DNA of 11,597 nucleotides from Candidatus Woesearchaeota archaeon. GTDB taxonomy: Archaea > Nanobdellota > Nanobdellia > Woesearchaeales > JACRKL01. The notes under the pieces were generated by a model, which had not been told where the DNA came from, did no database searches, and saw only the letters and a list, made by a program, of their open reading frames with translations. The DNA lies in NCBI GenBank assembly GCA_016219795.1, contig JACRKK010000074.1:1-11597 (forward strand). The letters are read 5' to 3'. A program made the translations under genes and the position numbers. Of this stretch, positions 5,108 through 11,597 are shown in pieces (within the stretch, counting starts at the first letter, position 1; each line of letters opens with the position of its first letter).

Positions 5108-6349
5108 ATGTTTAGCAGCAAAAGAAATAGATTAAAATATCTTCTTGCCGGCGCAGCAGCTTTAGGCCTTGCTGTTCTTCCTGCCTATCACTGGATACGA
5201 AGCCACACTGACTTTTTTCGGACAAATGCAAAGCAGGAATACCTATTGCCCTATCAGCATGCTTATCAGCTTCCATGGGATATGTCGCGCACAATCTCTC
5301 CATCATCACTTGAAGCAATCGTTGCAGCGAATGGCTTTGTGCCCTACAGAACAAACGCATCTTCTCCAAACGAAGCCCAGCTTGTTATCCTGGGAGACAT
5401 CCATTCAGATTCCATCTGCAGGGCAGGAGAGCACCGCATCCTCCAAACACTTTTCCAAAGCGGAGATGCCATCCTTCTTGAATTAAGCCCTTTTCGGTTT
5501 GATGCAGAGCAATTAAAACATGAAATGGAGCAGTTTGGAACATTTGACCTCAATGCATTAATGGGCATTGCAGACACCAATGCAGCCATTGCCGTAGCAA
5601 AGGCGGCAAATACCTCTTCCAGAGTACCATGGATCTCGCTAGAAGAGAAGATAGATGATTATCTGGGAGCACTACACACCTTTTATCATCAAAACATTCC
5701 TGGCTATCATCTTGCTTTTGAGGGAAAAGGGCTTTTCTATGGCATAGATGCAGACCCCGAAACCAAATTTGGCATGTATGTGAAATCTACAGTGGAGAGC
5801 ACGCTCCTTAAAGCAGCATATATCCAAGGCGTGCTTGGTAATGATAACTTCCATCCTGTGCAGGCATGGCTGATCTACGAATCTCTGCACCTCTTTGACA
5901 GAAAGACCTCACTGGGAACAAAGAAGAAAATAATTCAAAAGTATTTGCAACTATTAGAGGAAGCACAAAAAAAAGCAATCTATCAGAGAGAAAACCAAAT
6001 CATCGAAAATGTTATTTTGCGTGTTCATGGAATGTATCCTCATCAATCCTATCTGATGATTGGAACAAATCACATAGTTGATGATGGGCTTCTCAAAGGA
6101 GAGAGTCTGCTCCTTACCGCACTTGAGCGTCATGGCATACGGTATGCTGCATTTCTCCCAGGTTCACTAGTGAGCACATCTTCTCCCCCTACTTCTCCTC
6201 AGCAAACGATCCAATACACTCAGGCACTTATCCAGAAATATATGGAACACCAGAAGGAGCATAACAATCCCTCTTATCATGGAACCTATGAAGGTCTTGG
6301 AAGACATCTCCTGCTTCTCCAGACCCATGCGCATCTCTTTCCACACTAA
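5108..6349 (+). CDS. Membrane-anchored protein of the ChaN (DUF399) / TraB-GumN / Tiki superfamily (tentative)
   Basis: The N-terminal TM or signal anchor is LKYLLAGAAALGLAVLPAY. QLVILGDIHSDSICRAGEHRILQTLFQSGDAILLELSPF resembles the N-terminal vvlLGE.H....hh..q..ll..l......l.lEmf signature. The C-terminal LMIGTNHIVDDGLLKG....LERHGIRY resembles the second G..H...dG.....L...G motif of that superfamily. Confidence 0.4.
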   Translation: MFSSKRNRLKYLLAGAAALGLAVLPAYHWIRSHTDFFRTNAKQEYLLPYQHAYQLPWDMSRTISPSSLEAIVAANGFVPYRTNASSPNEAQLVILGDIHSDSICRAGEHRILQTLFQSGDAILLELSPFRFDAEQLKHEMEQFGTFDLNALMGIADTNAAIAVAKAANTSSRVPWISLEEKIDDYLGALHTFYHQNIPGYHLAFEGKGLFYGIDADPETKFGMYVKSTVESTLLKAAYIQGVLGNDNFHPVQAWLIYESLHLFDRKTSLGTKKKIIQKYLQLLEEAQKKAIYQRENQIIENVILRVHGMYPHQSYLMIGTNHIVDDGLLKGESLLLTALERHGIRYAAFLPGSLVSTSSPPTSPQQTIQYTQALIQKYMEHQKEHNNPSYHGTYEGLGRHLLLLQTHAHLFPH

Positions 6350-6352
6350 ACC

Positions 6353-8614
6353 TCAACCCATAACCCCGCTTCCCAGAATCTGCGCAGCAATGAGGTTGAA
6401 GATAAGCATGATCACAATGCTGATGATGCCATACAACACCGGGCTTCGAAGCATATTCTTGCCGAGCGTATAGCGCTCCTGGAGTGTATCAGAACCGTTT
6501 TCCACACCATTAGCAAGCACCGTTAGGATGTAGGTGATCTGCACCACATAAATCCCCACCACTATCTGGAAATAATAGGTAGGAACACCGTCACCAAACA
6601 TGGTCTGTAAAAGTGTCCCTCCCGACACTTGGCTTACATCAGAACCGCCAGCAATACCCTCAGCAGCAAATCCCAATTTATTGATGATCTCAGTAACCAT
6701 GGACGTGATGCCAATCACAATGCCTGCGATGGCAGGTGTCAGAAAACTGATCTGGGATTTCATGCTGCTGATGATGTCTGACATCAGGTCACGAAGCCGT
6801 TCATTCACGCGATGGATCTCTTTGATGTAGCGGGAGATATTCATAAGAGACTGGGCTGCGATAGTTGGCCCTTTACGCGAGCTTTCGACAAGCACTTTCA
6901 TGGAACTTTCGATGACATTAGAGGGATATGAGGCAAGCGCACCCACTTTTGGGTTGAAGATGGCTTCTTCCACGCTCATGCCCAGATTAGAAATGTTCTT
7001 GCTGATGATTTCAAAGAACTTGCCGGTCTTTGTATCCTTCATCACTTCTGCTACTTTCTCAAACGCAATCTCTGCAGGGATGCCATCTCCAAGCCTGTTC
7101 CCCAGCTGAAACAGCCCCGATGCAAATTCATTTTCCAGTTCTTTTGTCTGGTTTCGGATAGCAATCAGATTCTTCGAGCGCAGATAGTAATAGACCCCAA
7201 CCCATATCCCTATGCCCAAGACAAAAAAGACGCTGAGTATTGAAGCGCCAAGTCCGTATGGCCCCAGGATATCACCATTGTACTCCGGATTTTTTGCAGG
7301 CCGATAGAACAAGAAGTGGAACTTGGCTGTGGCATCGGTCAGACCATCACATTCCGGCGTGTCGGAATGGATTGTTTGCGGCATCCAGTCCTGCGTTATG
7401 ACAAAATCCGTGTTGCAGTTGAGGTTGTAGAAAATAATAGGAAGCAGGCCAATAAACAGCAGCACAAAGGCAATGCCTGTTGCAATCCAGAGGGGATGGA
7501 CAGAATACTCTTTGCTAAACAGCGTAAAATTCACATTCTTGAATTTGGCAAGCGCCGGATTGTATTTAGAGACATCTGAATCACCATAGCCGGTTGGTCG
7601 TGAGGACAGAATTTGTTTGCCCAGAATCGCAACGCCAAGGGGAAGGAGGATATTGTAGAGGAAAGCGATGTGGTACCATCGCACGCTTCCTATAAAACTG
7701 ACAAGCAGTGGCAGTATCACAAGGCCAAGGATTGGCAGAATGATGCCCAGCATATGCAGCATTTCAATCGGTGATTTCAGGTTATGCGCATAGTGCAACA
7801 TCTTCTCATAGGTCTCTTCCAGGATAACGGACAATGATTTGTCGAGCAGGCTCAGCCGCCTGCTTTCTGAGCTTTCATAGAGGCTTGATTCAATGAGATG
7901 GAAACTTTCCACAAATTCAAGGTTCCATTTCCTCCAAGTCTGCAGGTAATTATCCATGGATTCTTTGACGGTTGCATATTTTTCTGTCTCAGCATCCCAG
8001 AGCACTTTCTTCAAGTCGAAAGAAAGCGGAGGTGATAAGTGGTCAGCGGCAAAACGGATGGCATTCTCCAGATTAGAAGTATGCCTCATATATGTCACGA
8101 CATAAAATATGCACAGCACCATCTGGTTGCTTGCTTTCAGCCTCCACTGGTTGGCGAAGTAAGATGGAAGCTTGGTGAGCGTCATCATGAGGATCATGCC
8201 TACCACAAAGAAGCAGAGCATAAAGAACAGCTGCGGTTTTCCTCCCAGAAGCATAGGCAGAGGCATGCTCACTAAGAAACCGATAATCATAAACAGCAGC
8301 GGCCCAAGAACGGCAAAGCTTTGAACGCCCGTGGGTGTCACTTCAAGATGTGCGATAGGGATTGATTCATCAAGTTCTGCCTGCGCCTTCTTGCTGGGCT
8401 TGACCTTGAGAATCCGCTCACAGAAATTGCATGCCTTTTCATAATAATTCATATGCCTGGGCATATTTTCATGTTTGAACTCAAGATAATCACTGGATTT
8501 TATAGGAGTATCCTCTTCTGGATTCCCAGATTTCTGGCCTGAGAATTCCTTGTTGAGTGCTTCCTCATACTTCTTCATCATTCCTTTGAGTTCTTCTTCG
8601 TTAAGTTGTGCCAT
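6353..8614 (-). CDS. Polytopic membrane platform protein of an archaeal type IV pilus/archaellum-like machinery (FlaJ/PilC/TadC-like, two T2SSF-like domains)
   Basis: 753 aa. It starts 3 nt after the stop of the ATPase gene, so the two form an operon. There are two cytoplasmic helical bundles, each followed by TM segments: about residues 160-290 (NLENAIRFAADHLSPPLSFDLKKVLWD...) and about 520-640 (FEKVAEVMKDTKTGKFFEIISKNISNLGMSVEEAI...KVLVESSRKG...). Multiple long hydrophobic helices are present. A predicted loop carries two Cys residues (NLNCNTDF...TPECDG). Confidence 0.75.
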   Translation of the reverse strand: MAQLNEEELKGMMKKYEEALNKEFSGQKSGNPEEDTPIKSSDYLEFKHENMPRHMNYYEKACNFCERILKVKPSKKAQAELDESIPIAHLEVTPTGVQSFAVLGPLLFMIIGFLVSMPLPMLLGGKPQLFFMLCFFVVGMILMMTLTKLPSYFANQWRLKASNQMVLCIFYVVTYMRHTSNLENAIRFAADHLSPPLSFDLKKVLWDAETEKYATVKESMDNYLQTWRKWNLEFVESFHLIESSLYESSESRRLSLLDKSLSVILEETYEKMLHYAHNLKSPIEMLHMLGIILPILGLVILPLLVSFIGSVRWYHIAFLYNILLPLGVAILGKQILSSRPTGYGDSDVSKYNPALAKFKNVNFTLFSKEYSVHPLWIATGIAFVLLFIGLLPIIFYNLNCNTDFVITQDWMPQTIHSDTPECDGLTDATAKFHFLFYRPAKNPEYNGDILGPYGLGASILSVFFVLGIGIWVGVYYYLRSKNLIAIRNQTKELENEFASGLFQLGNRLGDGIPAEIAFEKVAEVMKDTKTGKFFEIISKNISNLGMSVEEAIFNPKVGALASYPSNVIESSMKVLVESSRKGPTIAAQSLMNISRYIKEIHRVNERLRDLMSDIISSMKSQISFLTPAIAGIVIGITSMVTEIINKLGFAAEGIAGGSDVSQVSGGTLLQTMFGDGVPTYYFQIVVGIYVVQITYILTVLANGVENGSDTLQERYTLGKNMLRSPVLYGIISIVIMLIFNLIAAQILGSGVMG

Positions 8615-8617
8615 GCT

Positions 8618-10918
8618 TTAGGTTACTCGGACAAACTCGCCTTTTTTCACTGTTCGCTTGAACCACTCTTCCCACTCAAAATAAATTCGTTTAGGGTCGA
8701 GGGTCCCTACCTCTTCCTTGACCTTTTCTGAGATCATGTGGAATTGGTCGTTGCACTGGATTACAAAGGGTGCTTCAAGAAGATCATCGTTTTTAAGTTT
8801 GATGGCTGTGTTGGTGAGCGTTTCTTTGGTTTTTGCCCGCAGAAGTATGTTTTCCCAGACTGCGTCCCAGCTTCCTGCAAAATCCTTGATATTACCTGCG
8901 ACAGTCTTTAAGATTTCTGACTCCCCATTGATAAGGGCGTCTGTAGGTTCAAGCATGTCGGTTCGGGCATCATATTTCATCAGGTCAACGAAAGCACCTT
9001 CTAGAAGAGGGTCATTTTCCCATTTTTTGCCCACTTCTGTTATCTGAGTTACTCTTCTCCATTTATGCAGGCCGTCTGCACTCCGTACAGGGTTTGCAAT
9101 AATGCAGATATCTGTTGCTTTAAATGAAGTTTTGGGCACCCCAATATCATTGACTACCCGGTCATAGATTCCATAGGGTGAATCACCGTGAATGGTTCCT
9201 GCAACCACATTTGCTGCAGCACCTACACGCATGGCTTCATACAATGCTTTTGCCTCAGTACTTCGTACTTCTCCTACAATGAGCGCAGAATCTCCCAGAC
9301 GCAGCGTGCTTCGGATGCCGTCCTCAGCACTCAGTTCAGAGCCACGTTGGCTTAAGGCGCTTGCAACCTTCAGTGACTGGATGTTGAAACCGAGCCGTCT
9401 CATGGAACCCGTAGGCAATTCAAGCGTATCCTCAATGGTAATGATGCGGTAACGTCGCATGATTTCGATAAGCATGCTTGAGAGGAATGAGCTTTTTCCT
9501 GAGCTTCTTGTTCCGCAGATGAGCATGCTTCTGGTGCCGTCTATCAAAAAGCTGATGAGCCCCGCTGACAGGGGCGTGATCATTTTTGCTTTGATGAAGA
9601 GAGGCAAGGTCCATGGCTTATCCCGGTGCCGTCTGAATGAGAATGCAAGGCCCGTAGGATCAAGAGGCTTGGTGACTGCTGCAACCCTGACGCTTGCGCC
9701 AGGAAGCTCAAGCTCTGTGTCCAAAATAGGATTGGCCTCATCTAAGGGCCTGCCGGATATCATACGGAGCTTTCCTGCCCAGCTTTCCGCCTCTGATGTA
9801 GTGGGGATGATATTGGTCTTGCAGTCATCAAAATCCTGATGGACAATATAGACCGGAGCCTGGCCCATGGGACTGTTTAAGGAAATATCCTGGATTTTGT
9901 CGTCCTGGAGAAGGACTTCCACCAGGCCAAAGCCGACGGTATAACGGATGAGAATCTTGGTAAGTTCTTCAACTTCTTTTGCACGCAGACGTATCCCTTT
10001 TTTTTCTGCGAGTTCCTCAATGAGGTCAGATCCAATATTTTCAAAGACCTGACGCATGCGTGAAGGATCAACAAAATCAGACTGTTTCGGCTGGTGCTCA
10101 GACATGACTTTGCGCGCCATATCCAACAGTTCGTATTTTTCTTCGCTTAGCTTGAACTCAGGAGGCATGATATGGTAAAGATATTGGACCGTGTCAGGTA
10201 TGGAGAATATGATGACTTCTGTATTGTCCACCTCATAACTTGCGAGTTCCTTGCCATCCGCAGGATAGGTGGCCATCAGCTTTGCATACATGAAATCAGG
10301 CTTGACGCTTGCATGGAACAGCTTCCTGTACACTTCCCGGTCTCCTACTTGGTAGCCGGCAAGGTAAGGTTCTGCAAGAATGATAAGCTTGGTTTTTTCT
10401 AGCATGCCGCTTAAGTATTGCAGGAGTTTCATATAGCGTAGCATGCAGGTTTTTGCATCTCCCACCCCTGCTTTCATCTGTTCAATATTGGACTCCCTAA
10501 TAAGGCGTTTGAGTTCCACGTACGCCCCTATGGGGTCGCTTTTTAGAAGGTGATAGAGGATGTTCTGCAGTTGGGTGTACCAGTTGTTGGCGTAGCGTGC
10601 ACAGGGCGGCTGGCTTAATGCTTCGTAACTGAAGAGATTCTTCTGTTTGACAAGCTGGTTCTGCAGCTGCGCAATCTCCATGAGGAGCACAAGCTGCGGA
10701 TAATCATATTCATACTCTCTTTTCTGGGAGAAGATGATTTTGGTTATCTCTTTGATTTCCGTCAGCTTATCAATAAGCCGGGCCATAGTTATGGGATCAT
10801 CCTCAAGAGATGGGATTTTATGGTATTGCTCGCAATTGATGCGCAGCGTGGTTTCTTCTGCTTCCCTTATTACCTCGTAACTCCAGACACCCGCAGGATT
10901 CCCAAATAGCATGATCAT
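8618..10918 (-). CDS. Type II/IV secretion-family assembly ATPase (FlaI/PilB/VirB11 superfamily) with long N- and C-terminal extensions
   Basis: 766 aa. Walker A is GTRSSGKSS, with its Lys at residue 475 by coordinate arithmetic (codon 9494-9496). The Walker B/Asp-box region is RYRIITIEDTLEL, and the His-box region is ALIVGEVRSTEAKALYEAMRVGAAANVVAGTIHGDSP. A GGGG run lies immediately upstream of the ATG; the ATG two codons downstream (10912) is an alternative start. Confidence 0.9.
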   Translation of the reverse strand: MIMLFGNPAGVWSYEVIREAEETTLRINCEQYHKIPSLEDDPITMARLIDKLTEIKEITKIIFSQKREYEYDYPQLVLLMEIAQLQNQLVKQKNLFSYEALSQPPCARYANNWYTQLQNILYHLLKSDPIGAYVELKRLIRESNIEQMKAGVGDAKTCMLRYMKLLQYLSGMLEKTKLIILAEPYLAGYQVGDREVYRKLFHASVKPDFMYAKLMATYPADGKELASYEVDNTEVIIFSIPDTVQYLYHIMPPEFKLSEEKYELLDMARKVMSEHQPKQSDFVDPSRMRQVFENIGSDLIEELAEKKGIRLRAKEVEELTKILIRYTVGFGLVEVLLQDDKIQDISLNSPMGQAPVYIVHQDFDDCKTNIIPTTSEAESWAGKLRMISGRPLDEANPILDTELELPGASVRVAAVTKPLDPTGLAFSFRRHRDKPWTLPLFIKAKMITPLSAGLISFLIDGTRSMLICGTRSSGKSSFLSSMLIEIMRRYRIITIEDTLELPTGSMRRLGFNIQSLKVASALSQRGSELSAEDGIRSTLRLGDSALIVGEVRSTEAKALYEAMRVGAAANVVAGTIHGDSPYGIYDRVVNDIGVPKTSFKATDICIIANPVRSADGLHKWRRVTQITEVGKKWENDPLLEGAFVDLMKYDARTDMLEPTDALINGESEILKTVAGNIKDFAGSWDAVWENILLRAKTKETLTNTAIKLKNDDLLEAPFVIQCNDQFHMISEKVKEEVGTLDPKRIYFEWEEWFKRTVKKGEFVRVT

Positions 10919-10949
10919 CCCCTTTTTTTTTGATAGATCTATGAATAGC

Positions 10950-10957
10950 TTTAAATA
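10950..10957. promoter_or_regulatory. Single A/T-rich TATA-like element (TTTAAATA) shared by divergent genes
   Basis: AGCTTTAAATATTA sits about 35 nt from ATPase ATG 10918 and about 34 nt from ATG 10987 of the divergent coiled-coil gene. It is the only well-placed TATA candidate in the 68-bp gap; a second A/T-rich run (TATTTAAA, 10975-10982) lies too close to either ATG to serve. Confidence 0.45.
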
Positions 10958-10986
10958 TTACCGTGGGCACAGACTATTTAAAGATT

Positions 10987-11418
10987 ATGGAACCCATGGA
11001 ACAAATACAGGAGAAGAAGAAAGGGCTGTTCTCCCATCAGGCCCCGGTTGCAGATGCTTCTTTGGGCATGGTTTCAGCTGATCTTTCCAGTGCTACAAGA
11101 CGCCTGCGCTTAATTGAGGAGCGGTTAGGCCATATGCAGAAGAAGCAGCAGGTCAGTGACCAGAATATGCTGCAGAACGAAAAAAAATGGTCTGTAGAGA
11201 ACAAGCACATCATGGATGAGGTCATGGAGATTAAACGTGATATTGCAGACGTCAAGGATAAAGTAAACCTGATTGTCAAGGAGCTTAAAGGGTGTGCAAG
11301 CAAAGAGGATGTGGATGTTCTTGGGAGATATATTAACCTGTGGGACCCCCTGCACTTTGTGACGCGTAAGGAAGTGGAAAAAATTGTCCGTGATGTTCTT
11401 GAAGGGCTTAAAGAATAG
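10987..11418 (+). CDS. Hypothetical coiled-coil protein
   Basis: The ORF track starts at GTG 10963, which is only about 6 nt from the TATA element. I prefer ATG 10987 (MEPMEQIQEKKK..); ATG 10996 is also possible. Heptad-like charged segments include RRLRLIEERLGHMQKKQQ and MDEVMEIKRDIADVKDKVNLIVKELK. There is no TM segment and no recognisable enzymatic motif. Confidence 0.6.
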   Translation: MEPMEQIQEKKKGLFSHQAPVADASLGMVSADLSSATRRLRLIEERLGHMQKKQQVSDQNMLQNEKKWSVENKHIMDEVMEIKRDIADVKDKVNLIVKELKGCASKEDVDVLGRYINLWDPLHFVTRKEVEKIVRDVLEGLKE

Positions 11419-11429
11419 AGAGAACTTTG

Positions 11430-11454
11430 AATAACCTCCCTTCGGTCGGTTATT
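11430..11454 (+). terminator. Hairpin just 3' of the coiled-coil gene, with a C(UUCG)G-type sequence in the loop
   Basis: AATAACC (11430-11436) pairs with GGTTATT (11448-11454). The 11-nt loop TCCCTTCGGTC contains CTTCGG (11440-11445). The hairpin starts 12 nt after stop TAG 11416-11418. A pyrimidine-rich tract TTCTTCTTTTCTCTT follows at 11498-11512. Confidence 0.4.
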
Positions 11455-11484
11455 AAGAATTCGGCATTGTATTAACTAAGATAC

Positions 11485-11493
11485 TTTAATATA
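11485..11493 (+). promoter_or_regulatory. TATA-like element (TTTAATATA) for the right-edge partial gene
   Basis: It is centred about 46 nt upstream of ATG 11535. A GAGGTG Shine-Dalgarno-like motif at 11521-11526 lies 8 nt before the ATG, implying a leader of about 20 nt. Confidence 0.35.
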
Positions 11494-11534
11494 GTAGTTC
11501 TTCTTTTCTCTTGGTTGACAGAGGTGTATCAACC

Positions 11535-11597
11535 ATGGCGAGACCAAAAGGAAAAATAAAAGTTGTTTGTCAGAACAAGTCCTGTGAACTTTTTCGG
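11535..11597 (+). CDS. Partial CDS (first 21 codons) with a basic N-terminus and a C-x4-C half-site (possible zinc ribbon); runs off the window
   Basis: The translation is MARPKGKIKVVCQNKSCELFR. A good SD (GAGGTG) lies upstream and the frame is open to the window end. It is too short for a family call. Confidence 0.4.
   Translation, partial: MARPKGKIKVVCQNKSCELFR

Noticed and set aside
5381-5410. LVILGDIHSD read as motif I (GDxH) of a calcineurin-like metallophosphoesterase
   Set aside because: The following metallophosphoesterase motifs (GDxxDRG, GNHE/D in the right spacing, GHxH) are not present. The combination with LLELSPF and a C-terminal GTNH...DG...L..HG block fits the ChaN/TraB/Tiki pattern better.
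8718-10402. Several plus-strand ORFs of 76-126 aa (8718..9047, 9192..9452, 9459..9839, 10172..10402) antisense to the ATPase gene, plus similar ones inside the platform gene (6600..8275)
   Set aside because: The ATPase and platform frames carry unmistakable conserved motifs. The antisense translations are Ser/Leu/Arg-rich without motifs. Long antisense ORFs are expected from codon bias in long genes.
11535-11597. The partial ORF MARPKGKIKVVCQNKSCELFR as the N-terminal zinc finger of an IS transposase (a mobile element boundary)
   Set aside because: Only 21 codons are visible, no terminal inverted repeats or target duplications are seen, and the C-x4-C spacing is not diagnostic.
1-11597. Scan for CRISPR arrays, tandem repeats, rRNA/tRNA genes and IS elements
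   Set aside because: I found no regularly spaced direct repeats, conserved rRNA or tRNA sequence blocks, or transposase-like ORFs by eye. Intergenic space outside 1-152 totals only a few hundred nt and is accounted for by promoters.

Overview
This window is a compact, gene-dense stretch that reads as archaeal. TTTATATA-type TATA boxes sit about 26-28 nt upstream of most start codons, which implies mostly leaderless mRNAs. The gene set also fits archaea: a type-II (archaeal) GAPDH-like gene, a TrmB-family regulator, and a FlaI/PilB-type ATPase next to a FlaJ/PilC-type two-domain platform protein. I call 12 protein-coding genes, one of them partial at the right edge. I recognised no rRNA, tRNA, CRISPR array or IS element. 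Three convergent gene pairs are separated by only 3-5 nt. Points worth a second look: (1) an operon of an oversized secretion/pilus ATPase (766 aa) and an oversized platform protein (753 aa), with no pilin or prepilin peptidase gene in the window and a divergent coiled-coil gene sharing its promoter region; (2) a signal-peptide protein whose sequence pattern resembles bacterial outer-membrane beta-barrel 'transporter' proteins, divergent from the TrmB regulator and followed by a HemK/Mtq2-like methyltransferase with an NHPY variant motif; (3) a divergent GAPDH paralog with an altered active-site context; (4) a membrane anchor ORF and a 164-aa ORF joined by an ATGA overlap, which may be one frameshifted gene; (5) a membrane-anchored ChaN/Tiki-superfamily-like protein; (6) three abutting perfect hairpins in an AT-rich tail at the left edge. 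All family assignments come from motif recognition by eye and need HMM or structure confirmation.
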